From Setoptus koraiensis (lineage: Eukaryota; Animalia; Arthropoda), in contig CM106585.1 in assembly GCA_048013815.1 (NCBI GenBank), positions 13,516,001 to 13,580,000 of the forward strand: a stretch of DNA of 64,000 nucleotides. Reading direction: 5' to 3'. How positions within the stretch are numbered: the stretch's first letter is position 1; the number at the start of each line of letters is the position of its first letter. The position numbers were made by a program, and so were the translations under genes. The notes beneath the pieces are model-generated. The model saw nothing but the letters and a program-made list of their open reading frames with translations, had not been told where the DNA came from and did not search any database. This document shows, one piece after another, positions 49,408 to 61,065 of this stretch.

Positions 49408-51635
49408 ACAAAGTAATGAATGTAATGAATGCCTTGGCTGATAAGCTCAGCTGTCTCAATCCTGATGGTTCATCGGGAAGACAAAAGAGCCTAATGGGGT
49501 TGCATTCGCTACAGGATAACAATGTCAATCTTGTTGGTTTGATCGATCTCTCTAATTGGAGCCGCTAATTTCTCAACGACAACGAAATACAGGTCTAGGG
49601 CAAACAGACATCGATTTTGATGAGAAAACTGCGGAGTAGTCCTGACACGAAGAATTATTGAACCAATTCGGTTCCTAGAGGCTCTTTGTACAATATCTGG
49701 TTGTGATCATTTGCTCAATATTATGCAGACTATTCGTACTAGGTCCGTTATTTACAGTTTACTGTTCCACGCTTGTTGACAACAGATTACTATTGACTAG
49801 TGTAGCACCCGAAGGGCGTGAATGGCAGTGCAGTGTTGTTATTAAGTGTGAGATTCTTCAGTGCTACGGTAAGACTGTTGATCGTTTTGATTTTGACGAA
49901 AAAGAACGGCGTCAGCAGCAAGTATTGAAAATCGTTTGCCAGATACCAAGCTGGTTTGACGCAATGCTCATTGAGTGGCTTGAAATTGGCTCCAAAAAAT
50001 GTAGGAAATGCCCAACTCTCTGATTAACACACCGATCTCAGGCTAGTACTGACAGTGGCATAGTCGCACAGCGGTTCTGCACCAAAATATTGCGACACAT
50101 CCTTCGTGAACCAATAAATTATCAACATTGGCATGAATCTGAAGTATCTATGAATGAAGGCGTCTAGCCAGTAATTTACTCCACGCATCGCCCTGCCTTC
50201 GTCTTTTCTAAATTTGAGATAGGCAGTCAATATATCGGTAATAGTGAAAAAGGTATCCACTGGGAAGATTCCCGCCATAATTGTAGTGAATCGGGCATCT
50301 TTTAGTATGGACCAAAACTCTCTACCATTGGATATGTTTAGAATGAAATATAACAACGAATGTGCCGAATGCACGAATTATCGAACCAATTTGGTGACCT
50401 GAAGCTCGCTATACAATATCTGGTTTTGACCATTTGTTTAACATTATTCAGACTATTCGTACTGGGGCCACTATTCACAGTTGACCGTTGTCTCTGCAAT
50501 TGCTCCACGCTTGTTGACAATAGATTACTATTGACTAATGTGGCACCCGAAGGCGTTAACGGCAATATATTGTTGCTATTATGTGTGAGATTTTTAAGTG
50601 TTACTGTAGACTGTTGATCGTTTTGGTTGCTTGCTGCATCTGAAGGACTTGTTGCCGCAGGCTGGCTAGATTGCGAGCTAAACACAGGTAAAAAGATTTT
50701 TGCCGTTAGACATTGCTCGTAGGAACCTAGCCAATTATAGGAGCCGCGCATTGTTGAATCTTGGGGTGAACCAAATGAATCGATTAATTAAATCAAATTC
50801 AGATTAGATGATTGTGAATATGACTTAAAACTGGATGTTAATTTTCTATGTTGACTCAACAGTAGATCTAAATGTAGGCCACATTGGCGCTGCTGTCGCA
50901 TCAGCACGACGTATTCAGAAGTTACGGGCCCGTCTAGATAATTATTATTATTGACTTCTTGCTGCTGATTGTTGTTGTTGTTAACGCTTTCATCTAGTAC
51001 AGTTGGAATAGATGTCACTAGATCTATTCGGTCGTCGTAACGATGCAAATCATTGTCGTAGCCTGCCACTGCCAATATTGATTATATTGATAACGCCACA
51101 TTGTCGACGCAGGTCATTTCATCAATGAGTATAGACTCAGATTGGAATTATAGCTGAGTTGATTCTTTGTTGTGATCTATCAAAACAGATAATGACAACT
51201 GTAATTGTTGGCCAAATAATAATAGTTATTCTGTGTTATCTTGAACAATAGATCTGTTGTCCACGCTTGCTGCCTGGTTGATTTGAGCCGTAATGACATT
51301 AGCTGATACAGTGTAGGATGTAGGTGGCAACGCAGATAATGTAATTATAATCATCAATGTTAACCTTCTGATTGATTTGGTCATCTTAAATAATAATAAA
51401 TCAAATAAAGCTATTCTCTTTGTTTTGGTCATCTCATAGCTTAATAATTTCTTTCTACAAGACACAACAATTGCAGCTTCCGCCAGTCGCGACTGGGATC
51501 AAAAGTGAACTTGATCACCTTTTTGAATTAATCCGACGAAAAAATATTGTCATTCGCTCTAGAATAGCATTCACAGTCGCCACAACTAGATAACATCAGA
51601 ACAGTAAATTTGTAAACAAAATCGATTGATACCTC
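49408..51635 (-). pseudogene. Inverted, rearranged partial duplicate of the nrf-6-like gene
   Basis: The reverse complement aligns by eye to 40830-42193, 43057-43532 and again 41940-42440. It carries nonsense codons (e.g. GAA>TAA at 50788-50790), deletions and a scrambled order. Confidence 0.96.
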
Positions 51636-51667
51636 ATTCATTAAATAACTCGATAGACGCCTCGCAT

Positions 51668-54600
51668 CTAAACAACCGATGTGAGATTCGTGTCATCGCC
51701 TTCATCAGAGTACGAGTCGCTATCACCATTAGTACCGTCCATTCTCCTTTGAAAAGCTGCTTGTTGATTTGTTGGCTTAGTCTTCGCTGCTTTAGCAGCA
51801 TAATACTGAGGCTGAGCAGGTTGGCAAAAGCCTCTATTGTCCATAACATTGTTCTTAGTAAGACGTGGTTGTGGTTGTGGCGGTCTACTCTTACGGACCC
51901 CTTCCTCGGATAATGATTGCAGTTTACGGACCTTGTCAGGAGAATCAGCACCAAACTTTAGCATGCCAGTTGGATATGCATAACTCATAATATTAAAATG
52001 ATGATGAGGCCTAAGTTGAGCGGACGGGAAGTTGAAAGATGAGAATGAAGAAAGGGATGAAGACTTTGACAATGTGGGTGAGGGTTGACCATTGTCTGAA
52101 CTTGTTGCGGTATTAACACTATTCATAGATGGTGCTTTATCCTTTTTGGGATCAGGCTCGATTTTGAATGATAGGTCAAATAAATCTCTCTCATCATCAC
52201 AAGTATCACAGCTAAGTCCTCTGTTGATATATTCTTGAATCCTTTTACGCATCAGCCATTCTTCGTACATCTTTTTGTGATCTCTCGAATCATTCAAAAA
52301 TTTATCCAGATATGGTTTCGATGAATATTTAGTTACTTGATTGACTTGCTTAGCTACAAGACGCATCTTGTCAAAATTTACCAACGTCGCAACATCATGT
52401 TTGTTGTCCTCTTCATCCTTAACATAGGTTGGATTTTCTTTTATAAAATAAAAATCTTTCTTGACTTGGGGAAATAGTGGTATTGCTGGAGGCTCTGTTT
52501 CGGACAATAGAGTACGGTATTTTGACATATTTTTTGATGGATTGAAAATTGAATTTAATTCATCAAACATATTTTTATATGCCGTATCAAGCTTTTCGTT
52601 GGTTCTCTTTAGCCTTAATATACATCCATGGCCCAGACCAGATATTATGGCAAATAAAGAGTTGAAATTTTTCAACTTGTTGCACTCTTTTGCTATAAGC
52701 AAAAACTTTTTCATTATTTTGACTCGGTTGTCTCGTTTTGTTTCTCTGAGTATTTCATTTACAACCCAAAACATCAATTTATTAGAGATGTTGGCAAAAT
52801 CTTTGTACTCCGTCATCCAATCGGATGGTATAACGGGACTAGGACTTTCGAAAAAAGTATCGTATAGGAATTGTTGTGGCTCGATACGCCTGAATTTTGC
52901 AAAGTCCATTAATGTCAATTCCTTTGCAAATAGACTTGGGTCCAAATTGATAATATTGACATCCTCTGGACAATCTTTAGTGATTTCATTGAACAGGGAA
53001 TCTCCACCTTCTTCCAAGCGAGTCGGAGCATTGTTTTTTATGTAAAATCTAGATCGTAGAGGGGCCCGAGAAGCCAAATTGGCCATCTGTTCTGGAAGCC
53101 GTCTTTGTTTAATTGTTTTTGCTTCAGGCACAACTGAAACTTCAAACAGTGCCCAATCTAGTGAAGATGATTGATTCTGATTGTTGGCTAGATTAAATTC
53201 CTTCACAGCAATCATCACGATTTCTCTGGCAGTGGTTTCTTCGTGAATCAAAAGATACTTAGAATCATTCGTAGCAGCATTGAAGACTCTGACTACATTA
53301 ATTTGTTGATTAGCAGTGCTGATCATGGATGATAGAGACGACTTTCTCCTACCTTTGGATAAGTTGAGCATCTCATAATATTCCAATGGATTATACTTGA
53401 TCGTTAATGATAGATGAGTTGCTTCATTGAAAATCTTTTGTGCATCGGCTAATTTGATAACACGAAAATTGATGTTATTGACTTCTAGTATTTGATCACC
53501 AGGCTTTAATATGTGTGATCTATCAATATTATTGTTGCGATGACGATCTTCAATGGCAACCATTGATAATGAGGTAGTTAATGATGAATTTGAGAAACTA
53601 GAGGCACTTCTTGTAATTGTGTCATGGGGATTGGTTGGATAATTAAAAACTTGAGATACAAAAATGCCGCAATTCTTGTCATAACCCCCCGAGATTGTGA
53701 AGGGTAAATGCTCCTCTCGACTAGATCTTGAGATTGTGATTTGCCTAGTTCTGGACTTAGCCGATAATGTGGCATGCAATAGATTCAATCCATCTTCCAT
53801 CGATTGTGTCTTGAGACGACGCTCCAAGTTTAGGAAAAAAGAGTGAGAGTAGTTACTATCAACTTCAAAGTCTTGATAGTAAGAGCCCAACCAGTTCAAA
53901 ACTATTTTGACCACTTTGTTTTTGTCCGGGCCTTCACTGAGCCAGTTCAAGAGTCGATCACAGACTTTGGCCATTCCTGGAGGCAAACGATGGTTTTGGT
54001 TGTAGCCGTCATTGCGCATAAAAACTCTAAACGTTAACAGAAAATCGTCTACAAATGTAGGATCATATAAGTCGGATCCATCCACCAGGGCAGCCAGAAG
54101 TCTGTCTTCGGTTGCCTATAGATAAAGATAGATTCCAGAGAAAAAGGTAGAAAGAGAGAAGACAGTTGTTGATTAGATCGACGGTTCCAGGGCGGGAAAG
54201 ATTTATCTCTGAAGATTTTTTTTTTTCAGTTGAAAGGCCTCCATGTTTTATCTTTCATACGACGAGAACGATCAAACAATAGTTTCGATTCGGTCTCTGT
54301 CTCATGAGTGCAAGGATGGAATTCATCATAATAAATAATTGTGATACATGTTGCGCATATTGGCAATGTTGATTTGTGACTTACCTTGACAATCACATGC
54401 CCTTTGGCAATGGGGCTATTGTAGGAATGTGTGAAGTTAGAAGTGCTGTCTTTACATAGGTCTTGATCAACATTCACTTTATAATGGCTGACGCATATAA
54501 CCTTTTTAGATCTATCTCTAATTCTCATTACTTGTTGAATAGGAAAATAAGATTCATTTGTGAGTATTTCAAAAAAATCGTTATGCAAAACGCAAAGAAA

Positions 54601-55008
54601 TGCACAATCCTTGGTAAGTGTTTGTAGATATCCTTCAAAGCGTACTACTTGTTTGGTGGGTTCAGGAAATCCTAATGAGTCTCCAACATTGTAGTAACGA
54701 ATAAGTCGTTTTGTGGGATGATCGACATGCCTACATTGGCCATGAATCAGTACACAATAGGAATTCCAGTCTACATTGTGTGAGAGTGGTTCTTGTCCAG
54801 ATTCATCGATAATTACCAATACAGCATGTGAGGCCAGTTTCCTCCTGATCCTTGGCTCAAATATAGCAAAGCCGGCCAATTGGGAACAGAGATCATATAT
54901 AATATTAATATCTTCGTCTGTTCTATCTGTGACTACTGCATCTAAGGGCTTCTTAGCCTTTAAGATGGCTTTTATCAGGCTCTTTCCTCGTTCATGGTCG
55001 GCATCCAT
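51668..55008 (-). CDS. RAPGEF2: PDZ-domain Rap guanine nucleotide exchange factor (RAPGEF2/6, dizzy-like), 1023 aa, 2 exons
   Basis: Exons 55008-54385 and 54115-51668 with a GTAAGT...TAG intron of 269 bp. Degenerate cNMP-binding region, REM (DPTFVDDFLLTFRVF), PDZ, RA (SKYLLIHEETTAREIV), CDC25 domain (NFNSLFAIISGLGHGCILRLK), C-terminal PDZ-ligand-like SVV. Confidence 0.94.
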
Positions 55009-55442
55009 CCTCCCGAACTGGTCAAATAAATAACAAAGAAGCTGTTGCTTCAATGGTGTTCGCCTTTGGTCCTTTTCTACCTCTTATTTTGATGTCCGTT
55101 TTAGTGTCGATTGATTTATGTTAAAAATATGAGGAGATCCTGTAACAGAATAAATATCTTTCCATATAAAACTTAAAAAATATAAAGCCAATCATTATTG
55201 ATATGATGACCGACTTGACCTCAATTTATACTATTTTATCATTATAGATAGTAATATTATTAATAGTAATAATGAAAATAATAATAGTAGTAATAGCAGC
55301 AGTAGTTATGCATTGGCGTAGAACACATGTAGATTCCCCAAAGGATTAACAAGGCAATGTTTATAAGTTCGTAAATAAAAATCGTAGATTCTCTCCACCA
55401 TCAGCAATACAGGTTGTACCATCATGTACTGCTGTAGTAGTA

Positions 55443-55482
<40 letters not shown>

Positions 55483-56193
55483 TTTGCTTGCAGGCCAAGC
55501 CTACGTCAACTGCCACACAATGCTCTATCTGCTTTCAAGTAATCTGCCTTCGGGTGCGTGTGTCATCTCAAGCAGACTCTAGTATTGCATCGTGTGCCCA
55601 TACAAAATGTGCCTGTTGCTTACTTTGTGCCTTTGTCCTTGCTTTCTTGTGTGCGTGCGCCTCTTCAATAGCAAAATGCATAAACTGTGCACAGCAGACA
55701 CGATACAATTTGTGTGCTATTTCTACAATTGTGCTAACCAAGTCGCTTCACTCGCTCAGCAACAGTTGCTGGGACCTGCATGAGCTCCCTCTACACACTA
55801 GGCCCACGAACTAAATTTACAAGGACTTATCTCACGGAGATTCTCACCTTCCACTCTGTGATACACTGATCAAAATGGCATATTGCTGCCTCAACTGCAC
55901 TGTTTCTGCTTTGCTTACATCCTTCGCCTTGCCCGATTGTGGTCAGTTCTAGATATACAATGTAGCTCCATGTTCACAACTGGACTTTTCAAGTAATGTG
56001 CACATGAATTTAAATACAGAATTTGGAGGACCACAAAAAGTGATATTCAAACCTAATAACAATGTAGATATGTGTTTATAGATTAAGTTCACAACAAAAC
56101 AGGCACGGATCTTGTTTTCTCTTTATTGATCAATGGTCGATAGAAATAGATCATCAATGGATTCATAACCAATATGCTCTTGATACCAGTTTT

Positions 56194-57834
56194 CTATACC
56201 TGGTTATCCGCCTGATTATCTGGTATCAGCGATATAATGAAAGATGATACAACCATATAAATCATCTTTAAGAGTGGCAATCGCGCTTCTTGGCCGGGCT
56301 GGATGTTGCCTGTTAAATCACCCTGCGTAACGGGTTCATTGATATTTTCGTTATTTAATACTGGCGCACCTCTGTTTCTAAGATTATTGTCTCTATCTCT
56401 ATCGAGGTTATGATTGTGTATGGCCTGATCATTCAAAACTTGATTGCGATTGTTATTATTCTCCACCACGCGCTGGTCGTTTTGTCGATGCGCTCGTCTG
56501 TTCGCAACTCTTTTTTTGTAGAAGTAACAAAACGCCATGAAACATACAACAAAAATAAATTTATATGATGAATGCACATAAAGAGCAGTCATGAGGACTA
56601 GGGCTCGGAAGGTGTAATATAGCCAGTCTAGTAAGTGCCTTTGTGCGTCCAAGTTGCCTTCCTGTTGCATTGGTCGAGCTTGATCAACATTTGGTGCATT
56701 ATCTACGAATTCTGCTGCTCCTACCGGATCTTGAGCAGCGTTTACATCTGCTCCATTGTTGTTAAGGTTCACATTAGGTCTAGAATCGGGCCCTCCACGT
56801 ACCAGATTATGTTGAAACTGGTTGACATTGAATTGAGCGCCAACGGAATGGTGGGCCGAAACTGACGAGATGGAGTAGGTGCCTGGTCCCAGAATTGTCG
56901 TCTGAGATGACAGATTAACTGGAATAGCACCAGGTGTGATGGATGCACCAGAAGTCAACTGGTTTAGTTGCGAGGCAACTAATTGGGCCATTTGCTGAAA
57001 CAAGGCTTGTTGGGCTCGAGGATCCAAAGCGGAATTTCTACTATGGATAACATTGTTAAGAAAAGGATTATTTATAGTTCTAGTGTCTAGGCCTGATTCG
57101 CTGTTGTAAGAATTGATTCCAGTCATTATGCTTGCAATATTCGTGGCTGCATTATTTGTCGAATTCGAGGGACTGCTTGACGATGAGGAATTGATATTAT
57201 TGTTTATATTATTAGTTAGATCAAAAACATTGTTGATGATGGTGTTATGGTTTTGGTGATGTTGTTGTGAACCAGAACGGACTAGATTGAAATATGTGTC
57301 CGGCTGTTGATTAGATAAATTCTGATGTCTCCCGTAGGAGGCTGTTTGACTGTTTGTAGTTGACTGCGGCGAAGGTGCTACCATTGGTCCTCTATTGTTG
57401 CTAGACTGTGTAGTTGATGGTACATCTGGTGCTTGCTGAGGTTGGGCACAGACTAGATGTATGGTAAAATCTGCTTTATCGGGATTCTGATCGGTGCACA
57501 TAGAATCCCTAAAGAATATTTGTCTCAGAATGTGATTGTCATTTAGAAGACGACCTGCATAAATCAATCTCTGTTCCTCAACAGCCTGAAAGAGACGGAG
57601 AAATATACATTATTAGTTACGTGACAATAATTGAGTAGTTAGTGGTTGATCAGTTGCTGGTAATAAGATGGCTCGAATGCTCGTGCTATAAGTACTTACA
57701 GGTTTGTTAACATGCGTAATTGCAATGTGCTGCTTAAGCTTATAAACTGTCCATTCTGATTCGCAAGTGGCCACGTAATCGCTTGTTTTTTGGTTGGCCG
57801 ACTTGATAGTTACTTTATATTCTCGACCTGGCAT
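56194..57834 (-). CDS. HERPUD: HERPUD (ER-stress-inducible ubiquitin-like membrane protein), 508 aa, 2 exons
   Basis: Exons 57834-57700 and 57585-56194 (GTAAGT...CAG, 114 bp). UBL domain VTIKSANQK...WTVYKLKQHI...EQRLIYAGRLL...TIHLVC; hydrophobic LLDWLYY...segment; C-terminal SFIISLIPD. Confidence 0.92.
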
Positions 57835-58655
57835 TTTAGGAGACTATCTAGGTCCAACCTGATTGGTTGCTTTGTTTTCAGATTCGATTAATGCAAGTTA
57901 GTTGATAATGAATTGGTATGATGACGTTACAAGTGACAGATTTAGTATGATGGGTATTGCTCGATATGATAGTCCTGTTCGGAGTATTTAATTTTTTAAA
58001 TTCATCCAATCTCTCATGTACGACCTTGTTCAAGACTATACGGTAGATAATATCTAATCTATGCTTGTCTGATTCTTAAACCAAGCGTAAATTAATAATT
58101 TCTTCATAAATAATTGTGATGCCTCTGATAAGAATGGTAAATAATAATGTGGGAATAATACGTAATCCTACAACAGTGTAACAATAATAAATTTTGTTCT
58201 TTCAATGATTGATTTTTCAATATTTAGCACAGATTATCATGCCGATGAAAAATTACAATGATTCTATCCAAAGGATGACGTTATGCTTGATACAGTGGAT
58301 TATCAATATTATGTTGCACAAGATCTAGCTGAACGTATATTACTATCAACGTTTGTCATCCGTTGCCTTGATATTTTCCTTTATTATATTCTCAGCGTAG
58401 CTGTTGTTATCATAAATTAGCCGTTAGCTATCCATACAGACTAGCAATCTTGAAAAATTCATCATTTATTGTGATTATTCATCACTAGAATATAGAGCCC
58501 ATACTGTAGCAAGGTCTACAAGACGAAGAAAAAAAAACACAATATTCACCGAGCGAGCTCAACAATCCAAATCACTTTGTATACGACTTCATACTGGATA
58601 AGATATTTTCTCGAACAACACAACATCAACGATACGCACTCCAATCCTAGCGCAA

Positions 58656-58674
58656 CTTGGCCTCCTGTGATTGG
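58656..58674 (-). promoter_or_regulatory. ERSE-like element CCAAT-N9-CCAAG upstream of HERPUD
   Basis: Minus strand reads CCAAT CACAGGAGG CCAAG, one mismatch from the ERSE consensus CCAAT-N9-CCAC(G/A), oriented toward HERPUD. Confidence 0.45.
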
Positions 58675-59432
58675 CTGACAAGACTAAAGCGCCAGATTCA
58701 AACGCTGCTACAGAAATTCTGTAACAGAGTTAGTCATTGATTAAAACAAACCCAGAGAAGTTCTGACTAATCGAACAAGCGCGACATATCCAAGTTTCGA
58801 TGCTTGATCTTATTCATTTTGTTTACATGAGTCGCGGGGATAAGTTTCTCATAGAACAGTTTCTCGCCGGTTGAACTCGTATTGATGGGTGTTTTCTTGT
58901 AACACTCTATAAGATTGAAAAAAGTCTTTTAGTTTTTACTCTGACCTATAAAGAACAATTTATCGACATAATGGAACTGTTCTCTAGTCTTAAAATTGTT
59001 GAGGCTGGTCAAGAGTTCCCTAATGTGATTATGTTATTTGCTTTGAGAAAATTGTTCTGTTGTCATCTTGTAGGAGGGGCCTTTCCCTTTTGGTCTGACA
59101 TGTTAATGATCAGTCTAGTGCCAAGCAGCAGTTTACATGACACACTTCTGATACAATGCGGTGTCGAGCAATGTCATGAATGTTTCCAGCAATGACAAGA
59201 GATAAGAGCATGTCATATCTTAAACGATCATGCACATGAGAAGTTGTAGCTAATTTTGTTATAATCGTCTTTCCAGATCGATATTCAAGATAATGTGATA
59301 ATGATATAAAGTGAACAAGTGTAATAGTGGCATGGAGCTTATGTGTTGCACTCATACAAAGTACACAAATCACGAGTAGACCAGCTATTGTTAGTAACGA
59401 TTTGTTACAAAACAGAAATGATCAACTTAGAC

Positions 59433-59440
59433 TATCGATA
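59433..59440. promoter_or_regulatory. DRE-like palindrome TATCGATA upstream of the perilipin gene (another at 47566-47573 upstream of Nck)
   Basis: Exact match to the Drosophila DREF element; function in this species is unknown. Confidence 0.3.
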
Positions 59441-59783
59441 TGACCAATCTAAAGCACTCACACTGTGACTGATGGATAGCAGAAACAAGAAGTTAGGAGG
59501 AGAGACAAAAAAACAGCCCCAGTTGTTGGAAATTATCACAACGATATTGGCAAGTACATTTGTGCACTGGTTCATATTGTTCGAGAAACAAATCGACGTT
59601 ACATCCCATCTTTAAATGAAGAGTCAACATGGGTTAGTGACTAGTCATCAATCATTTCACGTTCGCATTAGCACAATCAACTTCATTTTCAAACTAAAAT
59701 CAAATACATAAATCAACCTTTATCAACTATTATCCATAAGTGCCAACTCGCCCCATAGAACAAATCAACGATCAAATACAATA

Positions 59784-60328
59784 ATGGATCATCAAAATGA
59801 AGCATCACCAGAATCGCTCATGAGGCCAGCCATTGTCGACCGTGTCAACCAAATACCTGTCGTAAACATGGCTGTTAACGCCAGTTATAGCCAATACGAC
59901 AAATTGAAACAATCCCATGTCACCGTGGGCAGCGTTATCTCAAAAGCAGAGCAGTTTGCCTTCTTCATGTGGGGTTCCGTACAGCCCATCGTAACCAAGC
60001 TCCAACAACCAAGTAAGTGATCAACTCCTTTAAGTTATCTACACCAATCTACACCCGGAGCTAATTCTAATCACTTTTTCTTTCTTGATCCGCCCACGCA
60101 GTTGTCAAAGTCGACAAACTGGCCTGCCAAACACTTGATTATGTCGAGGAAAAGGTTCCCTCGATAAAAAAATCACCAGAGGAACTACTCAATGATGGCA
60201 AATCAATGAAAGTTAAATATACCCAAGTAGTGGAACAGAGCTCAATCGGTAAATTTGTCAGGATGCTAGCAGATTCTTTTTACAAGACAATCCATTTCTC
60301 ACCACAATCAAACATCGAACAGCAATAA
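59784..60328 (+). CDS. PLIN: Short perilipin/LSD-family (PAT domain) lipid-droplet protein, 151 aa, 2 exons
   Basis: Exons 59784-60012 and 60102-60328 (GTAAGT...CAG, 89 bp). PAT signature IVDRVNQIPVVN...YDKLK...KAEQ...VQPIVTKLQQPIVKVDKLACQTLDYVEEKVPSI; AATAAA follows the stop. Confidence 0.85.
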
Positions 60329-61065
60329 TTCTCTTCTAAGGCAACACGCCCATGAAATAAAAATGTTTCTAGAATAAATCATAATAAACACATTACCAAT
60401 TTGATTTTAAGTCGACATTCTCTACAAGGACAGACTTTTAATTTTCATTTATTTTATTTCTACTTCATCGAGTTCTGTACCATACCTTTGGTCAAGATTC
60501 ACAACCAGTAGTCTTTCGCACTCCCATTTTCTATTTCCGGTCTGATCGTGCTCATTACTCCAATTAATGGGAGATGACAGATTAGTACCGCAGAATTCTT
60601 AATTCACCATATCTTATCAATTGTGATTCATGGACTATAGCACGGATGAATAAATTAAGATTGAGATTGAACTTCAATTATCTTCAACGATCTCTGCCTC
60701 GTTTCATTATTTTTGATGATTGTTACTTTTTAAGATGTTCAATAGAAACAAAATAAATGGGTGAAAAGCAGGATGTACGCTCTACTACACGGGTATACAT
60801 CCTACACAGATACGCGCTCAATTGTCTGGATATACCAGTGTAAAGTTCATATAACACTAATTTGTGGAAGACAGAAATCGCGGCACATGCAACTATAGGT
60901 ATCGACACTCATTTTATTTGGTTCACATACAGCTTATGCATGATAACAATAGGATGTAGATGGACGGAATTGAGTTTAACTTAAATTGTGCAGTGCTAGT
61001 TTACATTTGTACATCTAGAGAGACCGGCATGAGATCTAAACTGTATTGCCCCATCGATCAACTCT

